DNA from: a virus
Virus record (IMG/VR): IMGVR_UViG_3300030106_006238
Location: 5,736 to 69,735 of that record
Reading direction: 5' to 3' (one strand)
Length of the DNA stretch: 64,000 nucleotides
The notes beneath the pieces are model-generated. The model saw only the letters and a program-made list of their open reading frames with translations. It was not told the origin of the DNA and did no database searches. A program made the translations under genes and the position numbers. This document shows, in pieces, positions 1 through 8,742 of this stretch. Position 1 is the stretch's first letter. Each line of letters opens with the position of its first letter.

Positions 1-101
1 CCAAGGCGGCACAAGTGGTTGCTGCCAAAGAAACCGCGACTAAATCTACTGAAACTGACAATCCGTCAGAAGATGATTTTGTAATCAACCCAGACAGATA
101 A
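1..101 (+). CDS. partial CDS (3' end), hypothetical
   Basis: Open frame from position 3 (KAAQVVAAKETATKSTETDNPSEDDFVINPDR) ends at TAA 99-101, just before the AGGA RBS of the next gene. Confidence 0.5.
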   Translation, partial: KAAQVVAAKETATKSTETDNPSEDDFVINPDR

Positions 102-110
102 GGAACCCTA

Positions 111-755
111 ATGTCTCTATTGAAAGAAATTGAAAACGAACGCCTTGGCGTTTTTGGCAAACAAAAGAAAGAAGCAGAAGAAAACAAAGAAGACGCAATG
201 GTTATTTCTTCTACTGAATTTATGAACATTGCACGCCAGGTTTATACTAGAAACTGCATTGACAAGAAGACGTACTCAAAGATGAAGAGTCATCGGTTTC
301 GTCTTCATTCATTCAACTGGCATTTCACCAGCCTGATTGGCAGTATTACAGCAGCTAATTTTGAAGAAACATGCCAAAGAAGCATTGAAGCTGGATTGAA
401 AACAATTCGCCATTCACAAGGAAATGGAGACTGGAAGCTTGCAGAATATGAAGTCGCAACAGACAAGGATCGCGACAACAATGAGTTGTTGGTTATTGCA
501 GCTCGTTACATCGATGTTCTGAATAAGGAAGACCTTCAGTATGTGAACGGCATTCCTGCATCCAACGTCAACGTAAACGTTAAATCACCGGCTATTCCTA
601 AAGAGGTCTTGTCTGCTCTTGGTGAGCGGGGAACGGACGACGATGAGCTCAAGGTGCTTCTTAAGCAATTGATTACAGTGATGGCTTCTGACGCTACGCC
701 AACAACAGATACGAAAACACTGCCTCAGGGAGAGGAAGGCGTTGAAATGACTTGA
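111..755 (+). CDS. hypothetical phage protein (214 aa)
   Basis: ORF with AAGGA RBS, converging on a terminator at 769-843. Confidence 0.75.
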   Translation: MSLLKEIENERLGVFGKQKKEAEENKEDAMVISSTEFMNIARQVYTRNCIDKKTYSKMKSHRFRLHSFNWHFTSLIGSITAANFEETCQRSIEAGLKTIRHSQGNGDWKLAEYEVATDKDRDNNELLVIAARYIDVLNKEDLQYVNGIPASNVNVNVKSPAIPKEVLSALGERGTDDDELKVLLKQLITVMASDATPTTDTKTLPQGEEGVEMT

Positions 756-768
756 GCGTTTCAATGCC

Positions 769-843
769 AAAAAAAGTAGGGGCGGTCACGTCGGGAATGC
801 TTGCTGTAGGGTTCTGCAAGCGACCGTGACCGCCCCCTTTATT
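769..843. terminator. bidirectional intrinsic terminator between convergent operons
   Basis: 12-bp stem GGGGCGGTCACG (779-790) / CGTGACCGCCCC (825-836), inner GCTTGC/GCAAGC stem, A7 run on the left and T-rich sequence on the right. Confidence 0.75.
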
Positions 844-1082
844 TATACAGGAGCCGCTTCTTCTGAAGCTTCCTCTGCGGGTGCCTCTTCTGCGGGTGCC
901 TCTTCTGCGGGTGCTTCTTCTGCAGGAGCTTCCTCTGCAGGAGCCTCTTCTGCCGCATCAGGGGCTTTATCACCGTCATCCATAAGATGACAAGTACCCA
1001 TGCTTGTTGAAATAACTACAACCCCTCCAATCAGAGCAACCTTTGGATTGAGTTTCTTCCAGAGTTCTTTTAGCTTTTCCAT
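843..1082 (-). CDS. small membrane-anchored or possible lipoprotein with acidic EEAPA repeats (possible lysis accessory)
   Basis: Basic N-terminus, hydrophobic stretch VALIGGVVVISTSMGTC, then EEAPA repeats; coupled to the endolysin stop (TAATG). Confidence 0.65.
   Translation of the reverse strand: MEKLKELWKKLNPKVALIGGVVVISTSMGTCHLMDDGDKAPDAAEEAPAEEAPAEEAPAEEAPAEEAPAEEASEEAAPV
853..955 (-). repeat. 15-bp coding tandem repeat (EEAPA, about 6-7 copies)
   Basis: Variants of gcctcttctgcgggt in tandem. Confidence 0.85.
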
Positions 1083-1897
1083 TATGTCTCCTCAGACAGG
1101 TCGTCTTCGGTAATGAGTGTATATGTGAAAACCTCAGCACCTGACGCCTTCCAAATACTAACCGCTTCCTTCCAGTCTGCGATTCGGGCAAACACCTGGC
1201 AGCCAGCCGACCACTTATCTACTCGCGTTGAGTTCTCCCCGGCATGATGCAGATTCACGCCGTACCACCCCTCGATTCCAGGGTCGTCGTCATGACCAAA
1301 CGACAAAATGTTATTCCGATCATTGTCACGCCAGACGCGGATGGGCGCTGCCCGTTGACATAAAGTTAGGTACTTTCCACGGTGCATATCCCACTTGTAG
1401 GCACGGTAGGAACCAGGCACCATGATGGCTGTACCAGCGGAACTTCCATAGACTTCAGGATGCTCTAAGCAATAAGCCCCTGGGTCCGTGGTTATTCTGT
1501 ACTTCTTGTGTTGCCACAATCCGTTGTTCACCCACACCAAGTGCATCTCATCGTCAAAGCTATTGGAGATCGTGTTGTTTGATCTGACGCCAATAATGTT
1601 GATTTGACCATCGGTATAAACCTCGTAGTCTTTTTTCTTCAACACATTGATGATAGGTGGTGGCTCATCAGACACTTCGGGCTGCTTTGGCTCCTCAGCG
1701 GCTTGTAAAGCCTTTAGGGTGTTAGGCCCTACGATTCCGTCTGCTGATAGTCCTGACGCCTTCTGGAAGCGCTTTACGGCCTTTTCTGTGCCTCGGCCAA
1801 AGATTCCGTCTACACCAATCTGGCCATAGCCTTTGTCGTTCAAAGCCTTTTGAATGTCTTTGACTTCATCTCCACGGGATCCGACTTTGATTAGCAC
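1082..1897 (-). CDS. endolysin: N-terminal peptidoglycan-binding domain plus YkuD/L,D-transpeptidase-like catalytic domain
   Basis: PG_binding_1 signature (GSRGDEVKDIQKAL..VDGIFGRGTEKAVKRFQ..L.ADGIVGPNT); C-terminal GVNLHHAG..WSAGCQV His/Cys motif. Confidence 0.8.
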   Translation of the reverse strand: MLIKVGSRGDEVKDIQKALNDKGYGQIGVDGIFGRGTEKAVKRFQKASGLSADGIVGPNTLKALQAAEEPKQPEVSDEPPPIINVLKKKDYEVYTDGQINIIGVRSNNTISNSFDDEMHLVWVNNGLWQHKKYRITTDPGAYCLEHPEVYGSSAGTAIMVPGSYRAYKWDMHRGKYLTLCQRAAPIRVWRDNDRNNILSFGHDDDPGIEGWYGVNLHHAGENSTRVDKWSAGCQVFARIADWKEAVSIWKASGAEVFTYTLITEDDLSEET

Positions 1898-1904
1898 AGC
1901 TCAT

Positions 1905-2312
1905 TTACCCCATGTCTTTAATACCAACACGAACAATCACATCAGAAGTTGGTGAGGTTGGGCTTACGCTAATAGCTCCTGCCTCAATAACGCCAGCAAT
2001 TGCAAGATTGCCAAATGTCGTACTGCTTGGTGCGCCGCTGTTAATAATGCCAATAAACTGTCGGGTTACTCCGCCCTGAACTCGCAACAACAAGTCTGGA
2101 TCATCAACACCTACATTAACGTCTGACCCATCGTTGTATAGAGCGGCGTGTACGGCATCGCTGCTGTTCTGTGTATTGTCCACCTCAACAATCATAATGC
2201 CAAGGTTAGCAACAGCACCGCTAATGTCCTGCGCTTCAGTCGTTGTAGCGTCAGTTTCTGTAGCGACATAATCAATTAGCTTTGCTCTTTTAGTAGTAAA
2301 ACTGGCTGCCAT
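1905..2312 (-). CDS. small virion/decoration-like protein, paralogue of 2315..2683
   Basis: Thr/Ala/Ser-rich, beta-rich composition; ALYND..VNVG..PD.LL matches LKLFDS..ITPG..PN.IL. Confidence 0.65.
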   Translation of the reverse strand: MAASFTTKRAKLIDYVATETDATTTEAQDISGAVANLGIMIVEVDNTQNSSDAVHAALYNDGSDVNVGVDDPDLLLRVQGGVTRQFIGIINSGAPSSTTFGNLAIAGVIEAGAISVSPTSPTSDVIVRVGIKDMG

Positions 2313-2314
2313 TT

Positions 2315-2683
2315 TTAACTCCGCTTCAGAATGATAGTGAGTTTGTTGGTTCCCGATGGACCAGTGCTTGCTTCCTTTCCATTCTCTTCAGACACAAAGT
2401 AGCTGAGACCATTAGAAAACGTCACACCATCAGGAACGGTCCAAACAGTAGTATCGTTTGGCTTCATTTGAAGAATCCAGTTTGGCTGTGTTGTTCCTGG
2501 TGTAATGTCAGCCGAATCAAACAACTTGAGGTAAGCAGTGTTGGCGTCTCCACTTACATAAACAATTGTGTACCAAGTGCCCCCCCCGCCAGCCACGTCT
2601 TCAACAGCAGTAAGGCCAGGACCAGTATCATGAATGATGTCTGCGCCTAACGAAAGCGTTTGATTGGTTGCTGTAATAGCCAT
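2315..2683 (-). CDS. small virion/decoration-like protein
   Basis: TAYLKLFDSA..PGTT.P..GVTFSNGLSY pattern typical of small phage structural proteins; tightly coupled in the operon. Confidence 0.65.
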   Translation of the reverse strand: MAITATNQTLSLGADIIHDTGPGLTAVEDVAGGGGTWYTIVYVSGDANTAYLKLFDSADITPGTTQPNWILQMKPNDTTVWTVPDGVTFSNGLSYFVSEENGKEASTGPSGTNKLTIILKRS

Positions 2684-3321
2684 TAGCTACCTCGACCGGA
2701 AGGAGTAGGAGCAGGAGGATTAGGATTCGCAGCAGGAGCAGCGGCAGGTTTTTCCGCAATCGCAGACTGCACAATATCAAGGCATCGTTTGAGGCCCTCA
2801 GGCATTCCGTCATCACGAGCAAGAACCTTAACGTTGTACTTCGCGGAGTTGTCGGAAGTCCGAGTATTCTCGCTCTTTGCAGAAATAGAGCCGTGGATCT
2901 TCACGTCTACGCTAACTGGACCCCAGCCCGCTTTGACCTCAGTATCCATTGTCGCTTCGTAATCGCGACTAGATTTGGATGAAGTGCTAGACTTCACTTC
3001 CATAGTGAATTCAACTTCCACCTCTTTCACCGCCAATGAAGGAGTGTTTAGAATCGCAAGAATCGGAACATCAAGCTGATTCGTGACTTCAGTGTATCCA
3101 CCAGCCCCGTCGTTCACGGGCTTAGAATAGGTAAAGTCCACCGTCCTCGCCTTCATCAGGCCATTGGCGTCAGTCTCCAAACCAACGGTTTGAATAAAAT
3201 CCGCAGTAGCTTTAGCGAGCTGAACCTGGGAGTTACAAGCAGCCGCCAGCGGACCACCGATAAGTTGATCCATTGGAAGACCACCAAACTGGTCGGACAT
3301 TTTTACGAGGCCATCAGCCAT
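2683..3321 (-). CDS. DUF2589-like protein (copy A)
   Basis: FGGLPMDQLIGGPLAAACNSQVQLAKAT..VPILAILNTPSL.V.EV.VEF.MEVKS..NTRTSDNSAKYNV.V.A..MPEGL.RCLD; GGAG RBS. Confidence 0.85.
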   Translation of the reverse strand: MADGLVKMSDQFGGLPMDQLIGGPLAAACNSQVQLAKATADFIQTVGLETDANGLMKARTVDFTYSKPVNDGAGGYTEVTNQLDVPILAILNTPSLAVKEVEVEFTMEVKSSTSSKSSRDYEATMDTEVKAGWGPVSVDVKIHGSISAKSENTRTSDNSAKYNVKVLARDDGMPEGLKRCLDIVQSAIAEKPAAAPAANPNPPAPTPSGRGS

Positions 3322-3336
3322 TACAAGCTCCTAAGT

Positions 3337-3477
3337 CTATTTCTTTTTTCGTGTTGAGGTTTTTTTCGAACCAAGACCTTTCGCTACTTTTTTTACGGCT
3401 TTCGATTGCCGCGCATGCATCTTCGAGGCTTTCTTCAGCTCTTTACTAATCTTCGAAAGTTTTTTCTGTACAGGCAA
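3337..3477 (-). CDS. 46-aa Lys-rich basic mini-protein (not in ORF track)
   Basis: TTG start after AGGGG; MPVQKKLSKISKELKKASKMHARQSKAVKKVAKGLGSKKTSTRKKK fills the operon gap. Confidence 0.65.
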   Translation of the reverse strand: MPVQKKLSKISKELKKASKMHARQSKAVKKVAKGLGSKKTSTRKKK

Positions 3478-3486
3478 AACGCACCC

Positions 3487-3633
3487 CTACTTCTTCTTCT
3501 TGGCTTTGAATGAGCCTGTTTTCTTCTTCATCTTACTGTAAGTCTTCGACGAGATGGTCGAGTTTGACTTGGAACGACTTGTCCCTGCTTTCTTACGCTT
3601 ATTGATGTTTCCATACAAACTGTTTTTAGCCAT
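3487..3633 (-). CDS. 48-aa Lys/Ser-rich basic mini-protein (not in ORF track)
   Basis: MAKNSLYGNINKRKKAGTSRSKSNSTISSKTYSKMKKKTGSFKAKKKK; ATG 3633, TAG 3487. Confidence 0.7.
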   Translation of the reverse strand: MAKNSLYGNINKRKKAGTSRSKSNSTISSKTYSKMKKKTGSFKAKKKK

Positions 3634-3638
3634 GTGTT

Positions 3639-3893
3639 CTACTTCATGCTCTTAGTGCCTTTGCACTTCCAGCGTTTTCTCGAAAGATTGTTTGGGGTGT
3701 TTGGGTCGTTCTGTTTTTTCTTAGAAAGCCGCTTCTTAATTCCAGAAGAGCGAGCGCAATAAGCATCACCTTTCGATGTGCCAGGCTTTACACGACGACC
3801 GCCGCCTTTGGCTTTGCCAGCTTGGCCATAAGAAACTCTTTTGCCTGAAGCAGTAACTTTGACTTTCGCTTTTCCTTTTGCTGGTTTGGCCAT
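3639..3893 (-). CDS. 84-aa basic protein (YCARS..WKC motif)
   Basis: Very Lys/Arg-rich; GDAYCARS..DPNTPNNLSRKRWKC pattern of small basic phage proteins. Confidence 0.75.
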   Translation of the reverse strand: MAKPAKGKAKVKVTASGKRVSYGQAGKAKGGGRRVKPGTSKGDAYCARSSGIKKRLSKKKQNDPNTPNNLSRKRWKCKGTKSMK

Positions 3894-3898
3894 GTTTT

Positions 3899-4387
3899 TT
3901 ACGGGAGCAGTTTAATAAGTTGATTGTCGATTCGAGCATAACCTTCAGGAGGCTCTTGCCCTTTAAAAGTTATGGAAATCTTAGCAGTATTTCGTTTTTT
4001 AGCAAACCATCCATTGCCACCTACAGACGGATTTATTTTTAGCTTGCGATGAGTACAGCCAATGTCAGCGCCATCTTGCATGCCTTGAAGTTCAATATCC
4101 ATTTCCACAGTAAGGGCTTCGATTGCTAAAGATTGTCCGGTAACAAGTGTTTGCATCGGGATTTGAATGTCCCGTTCAATTTGCTTTCCTTCCTCCCACA
4201 CAGGAAGACGAACAGTCACCATTCTTGGTTTGTATATTGGGCTTCCGTCAGAAGTTTTTTCGCCTGTATCAATCCAATATTCTTCTTGCTGAATGTGATT
4301 CAGTTCGTGCTGTTCAGCGATATCTGTTGATTTAATTACGGCTTCTTGAATTGCTCCAACAAACTCATCTAACGAGAAGTGCGCCAT
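3899..4387 (-). CDS. DUF2589-like protein (copy B)
   Basis: LDEFVGAIQEAV..QIPMQTLV..SLAIEAL.VEMDIEL..AKISITFKGQEPPEGYARI. Confidence 0.8.
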   Translation of the reverse strand: MAHFSLDEFVGAIQEAVIKSTDIAEQHELNHIQQEEYWIDTGEKTSDGSPIYKPRMVTVRLPVWEEGKQIERDIQIPMQTLVTGQSLAIEALTVEMDIELQGMQDGADIGCTHRKLKINPSVGGNGWFAKKRNTAKISITFKGQEPPEGYARIDNQLIKLLP

Positions 4388-4628
4388 CGTCCTTTTCCCT
4401 TATTTGGACTTTTCTACAAAAATCACACTGGCATACTAATGGCTTTGGTTGTTTTGCTTCTTGATGCCCAGCACACCAAGCTTCATACATATAAAGCACT
4501 GCACCGCCGGTTAAGAAAGGGTAAACCTTATCTTCTCGAAGCTCTGCATATCGCTGTTCTAAAAGCCACTGAACAAAAGACTCATTGTCTTGCCATCGAT
4601 TCTTATTAATCGGTGATTCTGTTGACAT
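4365..4628 (-). CDS. hypothetical protein with CxCxxC (start uncertain)
   Basis: Fills the gap between two operon genes; VCQCDFC motif. Confidence 0.45.
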   Translation of the reverse strand: MSTESPINKNRWQDNESFVQWLLEQRYAELREDKVYPFLTGGAVLYMYEAWCAGHQEAKQPKPLVCQCDFCRKVQIREKDDGALLVR

Positions 4629-4992
4629 AACCAACCACGTTGATTTTGTTCGCAGTGTCGGCAATAGCAGCGATTCTCCTGGCAGCGCTTCCAGTCCCAC
4701 GAACAGAATGTCCAGAAAGCACAAGCATCAACCCTGTTTGGGGAGGAACTTTGAACATCACTTTTTCAGCGTTTGCTGCAGACGCGCTGCTTACATAGCC
4801 AATGTGTAGAGTTACTAAAATAGAAGCTGTATCAATATTGGTCATCCACAACCAAACTTCATCTCGAATGTTTGGAGACGTTCCTGTGTCGTGAATAAAG
4901 GAACCGTTTCCGGCGGTATCCGTGATAGGAATCGGGTTTCCGTCTCCTTCTGTTCCACCAGGTGACAGGTTAATTTTTGCATAGGTTGCCAT
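4606..4992 (-). CDS. small virion protein, paralogue of 6638..7015
   Basis: Shared MAT..K..LS..T.G..I.IT.TA..IH..DEVWL..N..NRI.D layout. Confidence 0.75.
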   Translation of the reverse strand: MATYAKINLSPGGTEGDGNPIPITDTAGNGSFIHDTGTSPNIRDEVWLWMTNIDTASILVTLHIGYVSSASAANAEKVMFKVPPQTGLMLVLSGHSVRGTGSAARRIAAIADTANKINVVGYVNRITD

Positions 4993-5153
4993 CAGTCACG
5001 TTCTCTCTTTAGTACTCGCTCAAAAAGCTCTTCATACTTTCGAGTCATTTTTGTGAGCTGGCGGCCCATCCGCCGGTTTTGATTGATGAGGTAGCCAATA
5101 AATCCCATGGTCATACCCAGGTCCAGGTACTGAGCTACAACATCTCCTTCCAC
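4992..5153 (-). CDS. 53-aa holin-like peptide (not in ORF track)
   Basis: GTG start after GGAGGG; MEGDVVAQYLDLGMTMGFIGYLINQNRRMGRQLTKMTRKYEELFERVLKRERD has an N-terminal hydrophobic helix and charged tail; TGATG coupling. Confidence 0.55.
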   Translation of the reverse strand: MEGDVVAQYLDLGMTMGFIGYLINQNRRMGRQLTKMTRKYEELFERVLKRERD

Positions 5154-5345
5154 TTACCCCTCCATAAAAATCGCAATGCACTGCATGATGACGATAGTTG
5201 CGAGAATCAGCCCTTGGGCTTTGTGGATTTCCTTCTTAATGCCTTGAATATCAACACGAATTGCAGACACTTCAGCCTCCGTAGTATCAACGCGCTGACC
5301 TAATACAGCAACATCAGTTTCAAGTTTTCGAACACGTTGTTCCAT
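5154..5345 (-). CDS. coiled-coil plus C-terminal TM protein (XhlA/holin-like)
   Basis: Heptad coil followed by GLILATIVIMQCIAIF. Confidence 0.65.
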   Translation of the reverse strand: MEQRVRKLETDVAVLGQRVDTTEAEVSAIRVDIQGIKKEIHKAQGLILATIVIMQCIAIFMEG

Positions 5346-5355
5346 CTAAGGCCCC

Positions 5356-5646
5356 CTAGTCGGCTATAACGCCTCGTAAGTACCACATTTTCCCCATAAC
5401 GTCAGCGTCTGTAAAAGACTCTGGATGAGAAGTGAAGGCGCTAACTGAAATATCCTCGCGGTCATAGTCACCGACAACAATGTTGTCTGCTCTTGTATCA
5501 GTGCATTCGACAAGAGCCCATCGACTGTATGAGGCAGCTTTTGAGGTTGTTCCCATGCTGACTGAAAACAAAGTGCCTGCTTGTACATCCGACGCAATCG
5601 ACGATGCTGTCTCTGACGTGTTGCAATAGAAAAGGAGGAACGCCAT
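5356..5646 (-). CDS. hypothetical protein (possible tail fibre accessory)
   Basis: Coupled ORF downstream of 5646..6638. Confidence 0.6.
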   Translation of the reverse strand: MAFLLFYCNTSETASSIASDVQAGTLFSVSMGTTSKAASYSRWALVECTDTRADNIVVGDYDREDISVSAFTSHPESFTDADVMGKMWYLRGVIAD

Positions 5647-6638
5647 TAGAGTGCCGCCCGGTGCTGTAGCGGCTGAATCAACATGCGAATGCGCTTAATC
5701 CTGATCTGGCCCCTAGTTGCTGAGGTAGAAACACCCCCAATAAACAAAGCAGGGTGAAGGTAGTGATCTTGCAGTGTCTGAGTGAATGTATCGCTCCACG
5801 CAAAAGTAGATGAATACAACTGACCAAAGGGATCGCCAGTAGAGTATGCTCCTCCAGTAAAAGCTATCTTGCCATTTGATGCTTCAGCAGAAGTCCTAAG
5901 AGGAACAGTCGCAAGACAAATGGCGTCAAGGTCAGTCGATGCAGAAGAGTTCTGTCCTCGCCACTTCAGGCCACCGGCATTCACTCCGTTTGTCCAGTAC
6001 GACCGAAAGCCACTCTTGTACAGATTCACATTCGTGCTGCTCGATGGCAAGGCATTTAAGTTCTTGAAGACGTAAGCGCCACCCCAAGTCGTATCCGTTC
6101 CGCCCGTTGTGGGGTCACCAGATTGGTCGGAATCAAACGCCTGAAACCCCACACAGACGGACAAAGCGGTTCCATTTGGCCCCGCTCCGTTTGATGCCAG
6201 ACCAATAGGCCCATTGGTCTGATCGAACAGGACCTCGATCTTGAACTGGATCGCCTCGGGTTGCAGCCCGTATGCTGTCTTGCCGGAAGGAACACTAAGT
6301 CCAGCTTCAGCCCACCAATTGATGTGCGTCTTTTTGACGATGGTCACGCCATGATGTTCGGAGCCCTGGATTCGATGGTTCGTATTGCTTGAGCCACCAA
6401 AGTCAATACGCATGTGGTCGCTGTTCAAGTCAACCGTGGTATCGGCGGTGTTCGCGTTTCCCATCTTCATGACCTTCCAATAATTATTACTGGGATCAAT
6501 AGGAAGCTCCACCCAATTTGCATAAGGATCCCCGCCCCCTGCACTTGGAGTTCGAGGACCACGGTTTGGGATGTGATCTGCGCGTCTTGTCACTCTTGGG
6601 GCGTAAAGCCCAACGTCGTCTCGGCTTCGCCTACTCAT
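5646..6638 (-). CDS. putative tail/receptor-binding or virion surface protein
   Basis: 330 aa, Gly/Ser/Thr-rich, beta-rich, within the tail gene cluster. Confidence 0.6.
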   Translation of the reverse strand: MSRRSRDDVGLYAPRVTRRADHIPNRGPRTPSAGGGDPYANWVELPIDPSNNYWKVMKMGNANTADTTVDLNSDHMRIDFGGSSNTNHRIQGSEHHGVTIVKKTHINWWAEAGLSVPSGKTAYGLQPEAIQFKIEVLFDQTNGPIGLASNGAGPNGTALSVCVGFQAFDSDQSGDPTTGGTDTTWGGAYVFKNLNALPSSSTNVNLYKSGFRSYWTNGVNAGGLKWRGQNSSASTDLDAICLATVPLRTSAEASNGKIAFTGGAYSTGDPFGQLYSSTFAWSDTFTQTLQDHYLHPALFIGGVSTSATRGQIRIKRIRMLIQPLQHRAAL

Positions 6639-7015
6639 TAGTAATCAATCCTGTTTACAAAACCTGAAATGGCAACAACATTTGCAGTCGCAGCAAAGCA
6701 TCGTATTTCAAGGCTGTTTTGAATAATAAGGCCAGGAATGACCTGAACTAAGCCAGCGTCCTCGTCAAGATTTACTTTGATAACTTTGTTGGCGGTTGTC
6801 TCCCCCCACTCGATTGTCAGCATTACATCACCACTGTGGGTGTTCTTAGCGTAAAGCCAGACTTCGTCCCAGTCCGTAGCGTTAGCAACAGCAGTGTGAA
6901 TCACATTGGCCGTGCCGAGCCCCGCGTCACCAGTTCCATCACTCGCGGTTGTAGTGATAAGGATTGACTTACCGTTTGTTGATCCGCTTAGTTTTTCTTT
7001 AGTAATGGTAGCCAT
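6638..7015 (-). CDS. small virion protein, paralogue of 4606..4992
   Basis: WDEVWLYAKN..LTIEWG..GLVQVIPGL..FAATANVV.ISGFVNRI. Confidence 0.75.
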   Translation of the reverse strand: MATITKEKLSGSTNGKSILITTTASDGTGDAGLGTANVIHTAVANATDWDEVWLYAKNTHSGDVMLTIEWGETTANKVIKVNLDEDAGLVQVIPGLIIQNSLEIRCFAATANVVAISGFVNRIDY

Positions 7016-7024
7016 TTAGTAGTC

Positions 7025-8734
7025 CTATGAGAAAACTTGCATGTGAAGAATAAGGCTTGCATCATCACGATCAAGATCTTCTTCCCAAGATAAGTTGCCG
7101 GATGAATCTGATTGAAGAATCTTTGGTGAAGCAGGAGGGGCGGCCGGAAATGTATAAGTGTGGTTAGACGCGATGTTCGCGGCTGCCTGGAACTTCATAA
7201 AGTTTGTACCGTTGTCCGAATCCTCGTTGAAAAGAAGAGATGCCGCAGCAGTAGTAGACCCAAAGATCCGCACACCGCCAGTTCCTTTGGGCTTCAAAGA
7301 CATCGTAATGTTGGTTGAATCTCCCAGCACGCTGATTGCAGGAGCAGTACCGTCTGCTGCGTTTTCAACCTCAACGTAGTTTACTGCGTTGCTAACGGAA
7401 CAGAACTTCAAAAGCTTGTTGTTGTTCTCGTCATTAACCGCACTGCTGTCCGTCATGTTGACATCGCCAGGAACGGTAATGTCTCCGTCCGACTCGACAG
7501 TAAACTTGGTTCCAAGAGTTCCGTTTTGTGAAAGTTGCAGCTCAAACTTGGCGTCTTGAGTGCTTGCTGTATTCGTAAATGCAGCTTCTTTAGAAACCAA
7601 GAACTTAGCAGCATCCACAGCGTTTCCGCTGGTGTCTTCAAGGTCAAACTGAAGACTGACTTTTCCAGTCGTATCGTTAGCGTCAGACTCATTGCCAAGC
7701 TTCAACGCTACAAACTCTGCATCTGAATCTGTAGAAATGTGAAGAGCGTTGGTGGGAGCAGCCGTTCCAATACCAACATTTCCATCAGTGTGGATTCGCA
7801 TGCGTTCGGCAACATCATCAGTACCGCTAACCTTTGTCCTAAACTGCATGCTTGCGGTGCCGGTGCCATCTCCTTGCCCAGTAGACAAGATCAAGTCACC
7901 ACCGTTAATGTTGTTGGCCCCGCCCATGACGCCGCTTCCAGCGCTGATAGACAAGTTCTTTCCTGCGGTGGTGCCTGAGTCTTGATTGCGAGCAGAAAGG
8001 ACCGTTAAGTTTGCGTTCCCTGCTGTGCCTAAAATAAGGTCGGCAGTAGTGCCGGTAATCATGGCACCATAGTTTGAGTCTGCCCCGCTAGCGCTAATGT
8101 CTAAACCAATGTTGGTTTGTGTTCCAGAAGTTCCACCAACCAAATCAACATCAATACCCGTATTGATAACAGTACCAACCATGGTTGGTGAATCTGAGTT
8201 GATTTCTAAATCAAGACCAATGTTTTGTCCTGTTTGGCCTGTAGCAATGATTCCCGTAGCGTCGTAATCAATCTTTGCAGCAACGGTTGTGTGGTTGCTT
8301 GTTGCTGTAACATTGGTGTCCACAACAAGGTTGCCGCCACCGACATGTAGATCACCAGCAAGTGTTGTGTCCTGGGTGTCATCAATAGTCAAAGCAGCAA
8401 TAAGCGATGACCCTGTATGTGTGGACAGGATCATCTTGCCTTTGGTGTCATCAGAATCGCCGTTATGGCTTACCTCAATCTGTCCAAGAGCAACATCGGC
8501 GTGGTCTTCAAAAATCAACTTTGATTCACAACCACCATTTGAGTTCTCGGATGTTGAGTTCTTCAGAGTGACATACGGAGCGTTGTCTTCAACCTGTAGC
8601 TTTGTCCCAGGAGAGGCCGTACCAATACCAACACGATCATTGGTTTCATCAACTACAACAGTTGGGCTATCGACCTCAAGGTCGGTAAGGATCTGTGATC
8701 CACCACTGCTGTTAAAGGCACTATTGAAACCCAT
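7025..8734 (-). CDS. tail fibre protein
   Basis: RVGIGTASP and ERMRIHTDGNVGIGTAAP fibre repeats; C-terminal TYTFP..LQSDSSGNLSW motif. Confidence 0.8.
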   Translation of the reverse strand: MGFNSAFNSSGGSQILTDLEVDSPTVVVDETNDRVGIGTASPGTKLQVEDNAPYVTLKNSTSENSNGGCESKLIFEDHADVALGQIEVSHNGDSDDTKGKMILSTHTGSSLIAALTIDDTQDTTLAGDLHVGGGNLVVDTNVTATSNHTTVAAKIDYDATGIIATGQTGQNIGLDLEINSDSPTMVGTVINTGIDVDLVGGTSGTQTNIGLDISASGADSNYGAMITGTTADLILGTAGNANLTVLSARNQDSGTTAGKNLSISAGSGVMGGANNINGGDLILSTGQGDGTGTASMQFRTKVSGTDDVAERMRIHTDGNVGIGTAAPTNALHISTDSDAEFVALKLGNESDANDTTGKVSLQFDLEDTSGNAVDAAKFLVSKEAAFTNTASTQDAKFELQLSQNGTLGTKFTVESDGDITVPGDVNMTDSSAVNDENNNKLLKFCSVSNAVNYVEVENAADGTAPAISVLGDSTNITMSLKPKGTGGVRIFGSTTAAASLLFNEDSDNGTNFMKFQAAANIASNHTYTFPAAPPASPKILQSDSSGNLSWEEDLDRDDASLILHMQVFS

Positions 8735-8742
8735 GCTACCCC

